Positions 1 through 8,358 of a stretch of DNA of 20,000 nucleotides are shown here, in pieces. Positions within the stretch are counted from its first letter, which is position 1. Each line of letters begins with the position of its first letter. The notes beneath the pieces were generated by a model. The model was given only the letters and a program-made list of their open reading frames with translations, was not told the origin of the DNA and searched no databases. The DNA is taken from IMG/VR virus record IMGVR_UViG_3300033463_005796, one strand, 5' to 3'. This stretch comes from an uncultured virus (IMG/VR IMGVR_UViG_3300033463_005796). Taxonomy: Duplodnaviria > Heunggongvirae > Uroviricota > Caudoviricetes. Both the position numbers and the translations under genes were made by a program.

Positions 1-22
1 TCTTTGCTCCGTTGTACGCCAT
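1..22 (-). CDS. 5' end of a CDS running off the window (MAYNGAK...)
   Basis: ATG at 22 preceded by AAAGGAAACAATCAA leader like neighbouring genes. Confidence 0.55.
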
Positions 23-67
23 TTGATTGTTTCCTTTGTTTGGTTGTTGAACAGATGCAATTAAGCT

Positions 68-454
68 TTAGCTTGCTTCACGATTCTTGTTGTTGTCACG
101 GACATCATCAAGCCAACGAGCGCCAACATTGAACCGAGGAAGAATAAGATTCTGCCAGCCGGTGATGTCTTCAAGGCGGAATGACACGATGCTAACGTCA
201 GAAGGATATGCATTAGAGCCAGTCAATCCATCAATCTGGTTCATGACAGCGCCCTTAGTCACATAGACACTTGCTTCAGGCTTGAAATCAGCACCATACT
301 TTTTCATCCATTTGACGGCAGCATCAAGATTCTCGCCATCAGTGCTGAACCCTTCAAATGTAAGAGCAGACCCAAGAGAATCAAGCTCATCAGCCGTTGT
401 CACATTCTTGATGTTCATTTCTTCTGTTCCTTGTTTTGATTGTTGGTTAGACAT
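68..454 (-). CDS. phage hypothetical protein (SALTFEG...GLTGSNAYP)
   Basis: ORF overlaps upstream stop by 8 nt; alternative start at 418 has AAGGAAC upstream. Confidence 0.8.
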   Translation of the reverse strand: MSNQQSKQGTEEMNIKNVTTADELDSLGSALTFEGFSTDGENLDAAVKWMKKYGADFKPEASVYVTKGAVMNQIDGLTGSNAYPSDVSIVSFRLEDITGWQNLILPRFNVGARWLDDVRDNNKNREAS

Positions 455-782
455 CCATCAGCTGTGTCTCAGCGACCCAGAAAAGAAATCGCTCTCCAGT
501 CTTGACAATCTCATATTCGAACTGAGAGCCACAGCACTCACTGGGATGCTCAGTCAGATACTCATTGAAGTAGTCAATCGGAATGGAAAATGGAATCTCA
601 CCGTTAATAAGGCTCTCACGAACGTCGTTTGCCATCTTGTTGGCAAAGTTCCGAAGCCACTGCTCAGCGCTCTCATGATTGAGGAAGAACCGTGCATGGC
701 AGTTCCACTCAATACTGTTAAAGTTATATTCGCTAGACTTTGAGGGTTTCTTTGCGAAACGAATTCCGTAGATGGTTTTCAT
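447..782 (-). CDS. hypothetical protein
   Basis: first ORF after promoter P1; AAGGAACAAACA before ATG. Confidence 0.8.
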   Translation of the reverse strand: MKTIYGIRFAKKPSKSSEYNFNSIEWNCHARFFLNHESAEQWLRNFANKMANDVRESLINGEIPFSIPIDYFNEYLTEHPSECCGSQFEYEIVKTGERFLFWVAETQLMDV

Positions 783-821
783 TGTTTGTTCCTTGGTTGT
801 TGTCAGGTGGGTGACATAATT

Positions 822-850
822 ATTATAACAAGCTGGAAACCTATTGGCAG
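822..850 (-). promoter_or_regulatory. early-type promoter P1
   Basis: CTGCCA-N17-TATAAT, TGT extended -10, AAAATAATTT upstream. Confidence 0.85.
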
Positions 851-868
851 TCCCGCTAGAAATTATTT

Positions 869-1264
869 TTAATCGCGGTCAAAGTCAGCGTGCATGTCTT
901 TCTCATAAGAACCGATCTTCACAATCTTGTTGGTCTTGTCGAACTTGACTAGCTGGTAGTCTCCATTGCGCCACGCCCAGAACTCGACTTTGGAATCGCC
1001 GTATCCATTGTCCCACATCAGACCCTTAGCGATCTTGGCGTTCTTCTTAGCTTCAGCAATGGAAGTCGCAGGAGTTCCACGAAGCCAATCGGAGAAATAC
1101 GCAGGTTTGCCGTAGATGTCCCAACCGCGCTCCATGTAAAGTTCAGCGCAAGTGTTGATCTTCTTGACACGCCCAGTGTCATAGTCTTCCTTCACAGACG
1201 TGTCATTGTACCAAGCTGGATTTCCTCCAGTGTCTTTGCAAATGCAACGAATGTAGATCTTCAT
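869..1264 (-). CDS. hypothetical protein
   Basis: 131-aa ORF, AAAGGAAAC SD-like upstream. Confidence 0.8.
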   Translation of the reverse strand: MKIYIRCICKDTGGNPAWYNDTSVKEDYDTGRVKKINTCAELYMERGWDIYGKPAYFSDWLRGTPATSIAEAKKNAKIAKGLMWDNGYGDSKVEFWAWRNGDYQLVKFDKTNKIVKIGSYEKDMHADFDRD

Positions 1265-1278
1265 CTCTAAGTTTCCTT

Positions 1279-1872
1279 TTAAGAATTAGAAGAAGACACA
1301 CCGATCTTGTCGTATTCGTCTTCCCAGACTCCACTCAAAGCATCAAAGAGTTCGCTGAAATGCCGATTGCAATAATTGTCGCATTCATCCTGGTCATCAA
1401 AGATTTCTGAATGTCCATGGCTTGCAAGCTTGTCCCAGATGAAGGAATCTCTCTCTTCAATCCACTTAGTGATTTCATCATCGCAATGCTCCGCGATATT
1501 GTGCTCAATGATTTCTCGAGCTAAAGCATAGATGTCGACATTGGGTTCTTCATCTTCCTCATCGTCTTCATCTTCTTCCTCAGACTCTTCATCTTCTTCA
1601 GACTCAGAATCTTCCTCTTCCTCATCATCTTCATCGTCAGGCTGGCCGAACATCTCTTTCCAGCACTTGTCGCAGATTCCAGACATGAGAGCCTCACGAT
1701 CACTGGGAGAAAGATTAGGAAGAAGATCTTGGATCAATCCATCATGATCAATCCACTTGAGATAGTTCTTGTATTCCTCATCAGTCATGACAATCGTCGT
1801 GTACTCACCGCAATGAGGGCAACGACGTTCAACAATGTTCTGATAAGCGTAAGGTGAATCCTTCATCGGCAT
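1279..1872 (-). CDS. Zn-finger-like (CPHC...CDKC) protein with long acidic tract
   Basis: CxxC pairs, about 30-aa D/E run, AAGGAGG SD. Confidence 0.8.
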   Translation of the reverse strand: MPMKDSPYAYQNIVERRCPHCGEYTTIVMTDEEYKNYLKWIDHDGLIQDLLPNLSPSDREALMSGICDKCWKEMFGQPDDEDDEEEEDSESEEDEESEEEDEDDEEDEEPNVDIYALAREIIEHNIAEHCDDEITKWIEERDSFIWDKLASHGHSEIFDDQDECDNYCNRHFSELFDALSGVWEDEYDKIGVSSSNS

Positions 1873-1874
1873 GG

Positions 1875-2051
1875 TCAGTCCTCCTTGGTGAAGTAGCGAG
1901 CAGCTTCAGCGACTGAGTCAAACGTGACTCGAGAAGCAGAATGTCCATCAAATGTCCCAATGAACGTAAGTTCCTTGGTCCGTGCATAAGCGCCGTCATC
2001 AAACAGATAACCTGCTCGAGACGCGATCTCGATGAGCTTTGAGAGTGTCAT
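1875..2051 (-). CDS. 58-aa hypothetical protein (MTLSKLIEIASRAGYLFDDG...), not in ORF track
   Basis: hand-translated ATG2051-TGA1875; first ORF after P2, fills the gap. Confidence 0.75.
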   Translation of the reverse strand: MTLSKLIEIASRAGYLFDDGAYARTKELTFIGTFDGHSASRVTFDSVAEAARYFTKED

Positions 2052-2084
2052 GGTTTTTGTGGTTGTTTTGGGGTTGACAGTATT

Positions 2085-2113
2085 ATTATAACAAGCTGGA
2101 AACTATTTGGCAG
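2085..2113 (-). promoter_or_regulatory. early-type promoter P2
   Basis: CTGCCA-N17-TATAAT. Confidence 0.85.
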
Positions 2114-2131
2114 TCCCGCTTGATTTTTATT

Positions 2132-2539
2132 TTAAATGTCGGCAGCATCAGGATGGTTGGCAATCCAGTCACGACGAGCTTGGACCCGATCAAAAGAGAC
2201 GCCAGTAGAAAGATTCAGCTTTCCATTATTGTCTTCAATGATGTCAATGATCTTCTTTGCAAGGGTCATATCCTGGTCATGCTGGACAGCGGCATTTGCT
2301 TGAGCATAGATGTCATAGAGCTTCTCATCATGATCGCGATCAGGCCATCTCAGATAGATAGACCCAGAAATCCAAGCCTTCTGAGTATGAGTTCGATTCC
2401 ATTCATTGCAGAAATCATTCTGCTTCTTTGCATATCCGCTCCAAGAGCCACTAACAGTCTTAGTCGCAAGAGCGTTCTGGCCATTGTAGCTCTGGCCCCA
2501 CGGAGTCAGATGAGTGACGACGACGAATTCGTTCTTCAT
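2132..2539 (-). CDS. hypothetical protein
   Basis: ATG at 2539 (MKNEF) preferred over the track start at 2569. Confidence 0.75.
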   Translation of the reverse strand: MKNEFVVVTHLTPWGQSYNGQNALATKTVSGSWSGYAKKQNDFCNEWNRTHTQKAWISGSIYLRWPDRDHDEKLYDIYAQANAAVQHDQDMTLAKKIIDIIEDNNGKLNLSTGVSFDRVQARRDWIANHPDAADI

Positions 2540-2559
2540 TGGTTGTCTTGATTTAGTTG

Positions 2560-2868
2560 TTAGTTCCACCAGATGTCGTAATGGTCAGCATAAGGAAATC
2601 CATCACTGCATCGAGTCTGATGGACCTTGAACCCCTGCTTCTCGATGCTCTCTTTGACGATCTTGAACTTCTGCCAATCGTTATTGTAAGGAGAGCAATT
2701 GACATTGATTGCTGAATGGGCATGGTTCTGGCCTTTAGAAGCAGCCTCTCGAATCTGCTTCTCCAGCCACTTCATTTCATCGGCAAAGTCCTTGGATTCC
2801 AGAAAATCCTTGGTTTTCTTTTCCAGAGAATTGTTCGTTGTAGCACGAATTTCGTCAATTAGGCTCAT
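2560..2868 (-). CDS. hypothetical protein
   Basis: first ORF after P3. Confidence 0.8.
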   Translation of the reverse strand: MSLIDEIRATTNNSLEKKTKDFLESKDFADEMKWLEKQIREAASKGQNHAHSAINVNCSPYNNDWQKFKIVKESIEKQGFKVHQTRCSDGFPYADHYDIWWN

Positions 2869-2912
2869 GGTTGATTTGGTTGTTAGTGGTTGTTTTGGGG
2901 GTTGACAGTATT

Positions 2913-2941
2913 ATTATAACAAACTGGAAACCTATTGGCAG
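2913..2941 (-). promoter_or_regulatory. early-type promoter P3
   Basis: CTGCCA-N17-TATAAT; 2912-2960 matches 821-869 at 48/49 nt. Confidence 0.85.
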
Positions 2942-2961
2942 TCCCGCTAGAAATTATTTTA

Positions 2962-3186
2962 TCAGACGTCTGATGGCTCACGGACCCAAGAGAACTTTGC
3001 AGCGGTGATTCCATTGTCTTCACGCCCCCAGTTCAAGAACTTCTCGATTCTCTTCTTTCCATACAGCTTGTCGCTGTAGAAGATCTCAATGCTGTTCAAT
3101 CCAGTAGCATCTGCGCCTGGAGCAATGTTCCAGACAATGTCAGTGACGGTGTACTTGTAGTTGAAACGCTTTGGTGCAATGTTCAT
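2962..3186 (-). CDS. hypothetical protein
   Basis: 74 aa, 2 nt after upstream stop. Confidence 0.7.
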   Translation of the reverse strand: MNIAPKRFNYKYTVTDIVWNIAPGADATGLNSIEIFYSDKLYGKKRIEKFLNWGREDNGITAAKFSWVREPSDV

Positions 3187-3188
3187 TG

Positions 3189-3725
3189 CTAGACTCCAAA
3201 CTTCTCGTTCTTCAGTTTCTCGTGAAGCTTCTCAGAAAAATACTTCGACTCAACATCAGTAAGGATCTCCCTGTGGAAGATGACCGGATAATCATTCACC
3301 CAGTCAGCCATCTCAAAGTGCTGGAGGCCGAGACGATGCTTCTTGACGGTCTCATCGGGGACATTGTGAACATTATCATGCTCAGTCCGAAGAGTGAAGA
3401 CGAAGATAGAACGGTTGAACATCTTCGCAATCTCGAAGTAGGGCTTCAGCTCCCACATCTGGCAGAACGTGTTAGCCACGACAATCGGAACAGTAGGGCA
3501 GTCACGAGCAAACCGAATGACTTCACCCTGGTTCCAGTTGTGGGCGAACTTCAGAAGGTTCGCGTTGAAGTGGTAGTCATGGTTGTTGACAGCGTCCTTG
3601 AAGAAGTTGTCAGTCTCAAAGATGAGGCAGTTGATCGCATCATCCTCGGGACCACGGATCTCTTCAGCGAACGTCGACTTGCCAGCGCCAGAAGCGCCAC
3701 GGACGAAGATCATCGGAGCATTCAT
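3189..3725 (-). CDS. P-loop NTPase / AAA_33 (polynucleotide-kinase-like) protein
   Basis: Walker A RGASGAGKST, TDNFF, AHNW, VVANTF...WELKPY, NVHNVP motifs; TAATG stop/start overlap at 3725. Confidence 0.85.
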   Translation of the reverse strand: MNAPMIFVRGASGAGKSTFAEEIRGPEDDAINCLIFETDNFFKDAVNNHDYHFNANLLKFAHNWNQGEVIRFARDCPTVPIVVANTFCQMWELKPYFEIAKMFNRSIFVFTLRTEHDNVHNVPDETVKKHRLGLQHFEMADWVNDYPVIFHREILTDVESKYFSEKLHEKLKNEKFGV

Positions 3726-3973
3726 TAGTTGTTTCCTTTCTGGAAGTAGTAGCGGATTTGGAATCGGTTGAGCCCATAGATTCGGCATCGAGTGCCGTTG
3801 TATTCTTTCATGAGCTTCTGCCAGTGCTCACCAGCGGGCTTGAACTGAACAATCGGCTTAGGAGTGCCAGGAGGAATGTCAAAGTACATGTGCTCGTACT
3901 TGATGATTCCTTTCTTCTTTCCACGTCCAGGACGTAGATCCCAGATTTCGTAGAGGACGTCAAGCTTGTCCAT
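3725..3973 (-). CDS. hypothetical protein
   Basis: 82 aa, AAGGAG SD, TGATG coupling. Confidence 0.75.
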   Translation of the reverse strand: MDKLDVLYEIWDLRPGRGKKKGIIKYEHMYFDIPPGTPKPIVQFKPAGEHWQKLMKEYNGTRCRIYGLNRFQIRYYFQKGNN

Positions 3974-4119
3974 CAGTCAATCTCCTTCGTCAGTTTGTTG
4001 AGGTTCTGCCGAGAACGCATCTTGTCCCGCTTAGAACGCATGACACGTGTTCCAGTGTTGAATGGAATGATGACACGCGGCTTGAGCAGCTTAGACTTGT
4101 TCTTGTTTTTCATTGGCAT
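3973..4119 (-). CDS. 48-aa basic peptide (MPMKNKNKSKLLKPRVIIPFNTGTRVMRSKRDK...), not in ORF track
   Basis: hand-translated; begins 4 nt after P4 -10 (second ATG at 4113); stop overlaps next ATG. Confidence 0.7.
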   Translation of the reverse strand: MPMKNKNKSKLLKPRVIIPFNTGTRVMRSKRDKMRSRQNLNKLTKEID

Positions 4120-4123
4120 GGTT

Positions 4124-4152
4124 ATTATAACAAACTGAAAAACAATTGGCAG
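4124..4152 (-). promoter_or_regulatory. early-type promoter P4
   Basis: CTGCCA-N17-TATAAT. Confidence 0.85.
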
Positions 4153-4182
4153 ATCCGACTAGAAAATAATTTCAGTCGGCCA

Positions 4183-4698
4183 TCAAGCTGCAATCTCTTT
4201 CACGCCCTTCTCAACAGCGGCAATGTAGATCTTGATCTCACGGACAATGCGCTCGGCACGATTCTTGACAAAGTAGCCATCATTCGCATAGAGCTTAGCA
4301 AAAGTATCAGCGTCAGTGCCATAGTCATCTGGGCCAATGGTCCATTTGATAGTCACGCCATCAGACAGCAGCCGAGCAATCAGATCATGGTTTCCGCAAG
4401 CTCCACCTGCTTTATATCCAAACTTAGTCGTCCAGCCGGCAAAGCCAAGGGTGTGGTTGATGCAGTCAGTCGTAAAGATGGAATGGGCGAAGATAGAGTT
4501 CTTATTCACAATTCCATAGTTGAGCTTCATAAGCTTTTCAACGACGGGCGCAAGCTCAAACACCTTAGGAAGGAGCTTCTCAGCCTCATGGAGCTGAGCA
4601 GCTACAAAAGCGATGTTGTAATTCTCAATATGCTTCTTGGCGTCCTCACGGGCGTTCTCGACTTTGTCAAGCTTCTTAAGCATCTCTTCAGCTGTCAT
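4183..4698 (-). CDS. hypothetical protein
   Basis: 171 aa, TAAGGAGA SD. Confidence 0.85.
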   Translation of the reverse strand: MTAEEMLKKLDKVENAREDAKKHIENYNIAFVAAQLHEAEKLLPKVFELAPVVEKLMKLNYGIVNKNSIFAHSIFTTDCINHTLGFAGWTTKFGYKAGGACGNHDLIARLLSDGVTIKWTIGPDDYGTDADTFAKLYANDGYFVKNRAERIVREIKIYIAAVEKGVKEIAA

Positions 4699-4710
4699 TT
4701 TCTTTTCTCC

Positions 4711-4962
4711 TTACTTTTTGGCAATGAAGAAGCGAGTATTTCCCATCGGTTCCACTCCACGAAGACGCACCGATGTCTCAGTCTCACGATCAAGCGTCCA
4801 CCTAACCTTCAGGTGGAGAGTATTGAGACGCTTGACGAGATCCTTGCCGTTCTTTGCATCTTCAACTGCATCATGGATGTAGACAGTATCTTCACGATCC
4901 CAAGGAAGATCACTGATAGCACAGGGAATCATGGATGCCGTAGTGTAATGAGGATTGGTCAT
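4711..4962 (-). CDS. hypothetical protein
   Basis: 83 aa, AAAGGAAAC upstream. Confidence 0.75.
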   Translation of the reverse strand: MTNPHYTTASMIPCAISDLPWDREDTVYIHDAVEDAKNGKDLVKRLNTLHLKVRWTLDRETETSVRLRGVEPMGNTRFFIAKK

Positions 4963-4985
4963 TTGGTTGTTTCCTTTGGTTGGGT

Positions 4986-5252
4986 TTAAAGAGCAATGTT
5001 GAAGTGCTTCTTGATGTGGTCAAGCGCATCCTTCCAGGTGGTCTTGCCATCAGCCAAGAATCCGGGAATGTCTTTAGCCGTCTTCGTGTCGACAGGCGTA
5101 ATGCTGTCGAAGTAGAAGTCAGCTCCATTCTTCTTTGAAGCGCCGTGCTTCCGTGCCCAGCGGATGAAGTCCATCTGGTTGGAATAGACGAGCGTGCATC
5201 CGAAAGCTTGCTCGGGATAAGCCTTCGAATAGTAGAAGTATCTCATGTCCAT
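4986..5252 (-). CDS. hypothetical protein
   Basis: first ORF after P5, AAGGAAC upstream. Confidence 0.8.
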   Translation of the reverse strand: MDMRYFYYSKAYPEQAFGCTLVYSNQMDFIRWARKHGASKKNGADFYFDSITPVDTKTAKDIPGFLADGKTTWKDALDHIKKHFNIAL

Positions 5253-5289
5253 GTGGTTGTTCCTTGTTGGTTTGGTGGGTGACAGAATT

Positions 5290-5318
5290 ATTATAACAAG
5301 TTGAAAATCTTTTGGCAG
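5290..5318 (-). promoter_or_regulatory. early-type promoter P5
   Basis: CTGCCA-N17-TATAAT. Confidence 0.85.
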
Positions 5319-5337
5319 TCCCGCTAGAAATTATTTT

Positions 5338-5538
5338 TCAGCGGTCGACTTCTACTCGGTCCTTTGGGTACCAGTGTTGATAGCAAGCAATAGCATTAAT
5401 CTCTGCTTGCTTCTCATTGGAGCCGCCAATGTTTGCGACATGGTGCAAGACACTGCCGCTTGGAGTAGTGATCTTCAAGTGGACAGAGTAGAGGTTCGTT
5501 CCAGGATCGCTGTTGATCCTTCGTCTGATAAGAGACAT
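5338..5538 (-). CDS. hypothetical protein (MSLIRRRINS...)
   Basis: ATG 5538 with GAAGGAAAGC; stop abuts P5 UP tract. Confidence 0.7.
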   Translation of the reverse strand: MSLIRRRINSDPGTNLYSVHLKITTPSGSVLHHVANIGGSNEKQAEINAIACYQHWYPKDRVEVDR

Positions 5539-5554
5539 GCTTTCCTTCTTTCTC

Positions 5555-5704
5555 TTAGGCGATGGCGACACAGTCATACCATCTGCGAAGTGCAAGAGCT
5601 GCGAACTTTGCAGAAGTAGGATTCGTGTAAGCGCTCACACGACGAGCGCGGGTGCACGTCCCATCAGGATCATAGTTGTAAGCGAAGACAAGCCATGGTT
5701 TCAT
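5555..5704 (-). CDS. 49-aa hypothetical protein (MKPWLVFAYNYDPDG...), not in ORF track
   Basis: hand-translated; TAAGGAGA SD; fills gap. Confidence 0.7.
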   Translation of the reverse strand: MKPWLVFAYNYDPDGTCTRARRVSAYTNPTSAKFAALALRRWYDCVAIA

Positions 5705-5715
5705 GTGTTTTCTCC

Positions 5716-5919
5716 TTAGATGATCTTGATGCTGGCATGAGCATTGTTCTCATCGATCAGCATCTTCTCTGCATTCTTGAGAGCGCCATTGGCATGCGGG
5801 AACCAGCCGATCGAGAAAGGAATCGGCCTGTCAGTCTGGACGCAGCTGATCAGCGACATGACTGCGTTGTTGGCCTTGATCAGTTCGGCCAAAATCTGTT
5901 CTTTGGTTGCAGGGTTCAT
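5716..5919 (-). CDS. hypothetical protein (MNPATKEQ...)
   Basis: ATG 5919 after CA-rich leader, avoids overlap with 5948-6175. Confidence 0.7.
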   Translation of the reverse strand: MNPATKEQILAELIKANNAVMSLISCVQTDRPIPFSIGWFPHANGALKNAEKMLIDENNAHASIKII

Positions 5920-5947
5920 GGTTGTTTGGTTAGTTTGGGTTAACGCT

Positions 5948-6175
5948 TCATTTCGTGCTCCATTCTCCTTCGACTTTTTCAGGAAGATCGATGACAGTCT
6001 TTCCAATTTTCCAATGGCCGGCAGGAGACCAATCATTGTCTTCAGACGCCTCTTCATCTTCGACATATTCACCAATCACGACTTCTTCTTTGAGAGTCGC
6101 GACGTATTCGTCAAGAAGGTCGGGGTTTTCTTCCGCGAACTTGTTAACCTTTTGGACAAAGTCTTTAAGTGTCAT
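5948..6175 (-). CDS. small acidic hypothetical protein
   Basis: first ORF after P6. Confidence 0.8.
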   Translation of the reverse strand: MTLKDFVQKVNKFAEENPDLLDEYVATLKEEVVIGEYVEDEEASEDNDWSPAGHWKIGKTVIDLPEKVEGEWSTK

Positions 6176-6206
6176 GGTTTTGTGGTTATTTGGGGTTGAC
6201 AGTATT

Positions 6207-6235
6207 ATTATAACAAACTGGAAACTTATTGGCAG
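6207..6235 (-). promoter_or_regulatory. early-type promoter P6
   Basis: CTGCCA-N17-TATAAT. Confidence 0.85.
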
Positions 6236-6256
6236 TCACATCAGAAAATAATTTTT

Positions 6257-6520
6257 CTAATGGATCCGGTTGATGATGCACTTGTCAATGTCGAAGACCT
6301 CTTCAACACGGCTGCCAGTGAACTCTGGCCACTTGGCAGCATCTTCATCAAGTCGCTTTTGGACAATGCTGCGAGCATCATCCTCATTTTCAGCATTGAG
6401 ATAAGTGCGGAAATTGACACGCTTCTTCAACTGCTTGCGCTTTCCATTCTTGTCATAAGTGTATGTTGGCGTAGAATAAGTGACGCACCACCGGCAATGA
6501 AGGTTGGTTTCTTCAGGCAT
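6257..6520 (-). CDS. hypothetical protein (MPEETN...)
   Basis: ATG 6520 overlaps upstream stop by 8 nt. Confidence 0.7.
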   Translation of the reverse strand: MPEETNLHCRWCVTYSTPTYTYDKNGKRKQLKKRVNFRTYLNAENEDDARSIVQKRLDEDAAKWPEFTGSRVEEVFDIDKCIINRIH

Positions 6521-6815
6521 GCTTCTTTCCCTTTCTCTTCTTGGTTGGGAACCTGGTAAGGACTTTGTAGTTAAAGCCTTCGACAAGCCAATTGCCGGCT
6601 TCAGTCAGCTCATCGCAGATGTAGTCGGCCGTCAAGTCAGATGGCTTGTCGATCTCAAGGACAAGATCCATCTCGGTGCCAAGTGAAGCCTTCACTTCAG
6701 CGATCCTGGCTTCAATCTTCTCTTCGTCTTCAATGTCTTCTTCAGGCATTGAATCGATGACGTCCTCATCTTCGACACTCCACCTGATGTTGTAGCAATG
6801 AACTTTAACAGTCAT
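6513..6815 (-). CDS. acidic hypothetical protein
   Basis: AGGAGG SD; D/E-rich. Confidence 0.8.
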   Translation of the reverse strand: MTVKVHCYNIRWSVEDEDVIDSMPEEDIEDEEKIEARIAEVKASLGTEMDLVLEIDKPSDLTADYICDELTEAGNWLVEGFNYKVLTRFPTKKRKGKKHA

Positions 6816-7022
6816 CTAGTTTCCTCCTGGTTCGACGATCCATTTGACATTGACATCGTAAGCCGCCATCGGCCAGACACTGAGCAAGAACTTGCGTGTG
6901 TCACGGACAAAATCTTTGACTGAACGCCTCTTGTCAATTATGACGAACGTTCGAGACCCCATCTCGACAAGACGGCCATCGAAGTTGGCGACGACTTGCC
7001 ATTTGATTGTGAACTTGGTCAT
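6816..7022 (-). CDS. hypothetical protein
   Basis: 68 aa, GAGGA SD, abuts neighbours. Confidence 0.7.
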   Translation of the reverse strand: MTKFTIKWQVVANFDGRLVEMGSRTFVIIDKRRSVKDFVRDTRKFLLSVWPMAAYDVNVKWIVEPGGN

Positions 7023-7025
7023 TGC

Positions 7026-7283
7026 TTAGTCCTCAAAAGTGAGATTGCGGCGGGTGATGACGACGTTGTGGAAGAGCTTGGCAGGGTCGTCGCCGCGGAC
7101 GGCTCGGCTCAAGTGGACTCCAGCCCAGAGAGTCTTCGGCCCAATCTCGATCTTGGAGACCTTCGCTCCCCAGACATTCTCGAACTGGTCACGGATAGCT
7201 TCCTTGATGCCATCAAGGGTCTTAGCGCATCGTGCCGTCCGGAAGGTGTTTCCAAACGCTGTGTAGAAGTTGATCTTGCTCAT
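7026..7283 (-). CDS. hypothetical protein
   Basis: first ORF after P7. Confidence 0.8.
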   Translation of the reverse strand: MSKINFYTAFGNTFRTARCAKTLDGIKEAIRDQFENVWGAKVSKIEIGPKTLWAGVHLSRAVRGDDPAKLFHNVVITRRNLTFED

Positions 7284-7338
7284 TGGCTGTTTCTTTGGTT
7301 GTTGGTTGTTTGAGCTGCTTTATTCAAGCGGCATAATT

Positions 7339-7367
7339 ATTATAACAAATTGGGTCCTAATTGGCAG
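7339..7367 (-). promoter_or_regulatory. early-type promoter P7
   Basis: CTGCCA-N17-TATAAT; overlapped by inverted repeat TGGGTCCT/AGGACCCA. Confidence 0.85.
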
Positions 7368-7409
7368 GACCCATCAGAAAATAATTTTCCCCGCTAGACA
7401 GCCATCATT

Positions 7410-7628
7410 CTACTTAGACTCTTCTTTGTTCTTAGCGATCAGGCCATCGATGTCGGCGGAAGTCTTCCTAAGGAACTTAAGCATCCCATCAAGGAGCTTG
7501 TCCTCTCGCTCAAGCGTTTCAATCTCGCCATCAAGCTTCCCTTGAATCTTGCCGACGCGATATCCGACAAAGCATCCAGCAAGGAAGCAGATTCCGCCCA
7601 TGAAGACTGGGTCATTCAGCAGTTCCAT
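7410..7628 (-). CDS. small membrane-anchored, possibly coiled-coil protein
   Basis: N-terminal hydrophobic helix; AAGGAG SD. Confidence 0.7.
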   Translation of the reverse strand: MELLNDPVFMGGICFLAGCFVGYRVGKIQGKLDGEIETLEREDKLLDGMLKFLRKTSADIDGLIAKNKEESK

Positions 7629-7659
7629 TTCATTTTCTCCTTTTCTTTTTTATTGCTGT

Positions 7660-7851
7660 CTAGCCAGCAAATGGATCGTCAAGAAACGACGAGAGCTCCT
7701 TGCCAGCCTCAGGATGCTCAAGCAGATAGAGCATGATTTCCGGCTGACGAAACGCAAAACCAGTCAAGAACAGCGCTTCCATCGCGATTCCAATGCCATA
7801 GAACCAGATGGCGAAAACCATCAGCACAGAAAGAATTTCCAAGATTTCCAT
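7660..7851 (-). CDS. small membrane protein (MEILEILSVL...)
   Basis: ATG 7851 with AAGGAG SD; hydrophobic N-half. Confidence 0.7.
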   Translation of the reverse strand: MEILEILSVLMVFAIWFYGIGIAMEALFLTGFAFRQPEIMLYLLEHPEAGKELSSFLDDPFAG

Positions 7852-7865
7852 TTGTGTTTCTCCTT

Positions 7866-8030
7866 TTAGTAGATCGGGTCGAACGGACTGGCCATCTTCA
7901 CGGACCTCACCTTCAGGCTGCATGCCGCTGCGGCCAGCTCGGCCTCGTGCCTTGCGTCCATAGAGTTCTTCGCCCAGACAGACGTGACGACGCCGTTGGT
8001 GAACCTGACGGTGTAGCGGAAAGAATTCAT
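7866..8030 (-). CDS. 54-aa hypothetical protein (MNSFRYTVRF...)
   Basis: ATG 8030 with AAAAGGAAAAAC. Confidence 0.65.
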   Translation of the reverse strand: MNSFRYTVRFTNGVVTSVWAKNSMDARHEAELAAAACSLKVRSVKMASPFDPIY

Positions 8031-8047
8031 TTTGTTTTTCCTTTTGT

Positions 8048-8257
8048 TTAGATTTGAATCGCTGAAACGAACTGGATGCTGCGATAGCATCGGCTCATGT
8101 AGAACCGAGCTGCAAGGTTGAAGGCCGTCTCAGAAGGAGACTGGCCATTGAGCGCACCAAGGCAGACACGCTGCCTGCGGCACACGACTTTCGACGGATC
8201 GCCAACTGCCCGTTGGACGAGCATCTTGACGGAGTATGTTGCGACTGGGCTGCTCAT
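8048..8257 (-). CDS. hypothetical protein
   Basis: first ORF after P8, AAGGAA upstream. Confidence 0.7.
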   Translation of the reverse strand: MSSPVATYSVKMLVQRAVGDPSKVVCRRQRVCLGALNGQSPSETAFNLAARFYMSRCYRSIQFVSAIQI

Positions 8258-8302
8258 GTGGGTTTATTTCCTTGGGCTGCTGCTCAATCAAGCAGCATGA
8301 TT

Positions 8303-8331
8303 ATTATAACAATCTGGAAACTATTTGGCAG
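8303..8331 (-). promoter_or_regulatory. early-type promoter P8
   Basis: CTGCCA-N17-TATAAT. Confidence 0.85.
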
Positions 8332-8358
8332 TCACATCAGAAAATAATTTTATCTCGG

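Noticed and set aside
6813..6818. TAG immediately followed by in-frame ATG, suggesting stop-codon recoding
   Set aside because: Strong AGGAGG SD precedes the ATG; TAG ends other genes cleanly and coding density is already high under the standard code
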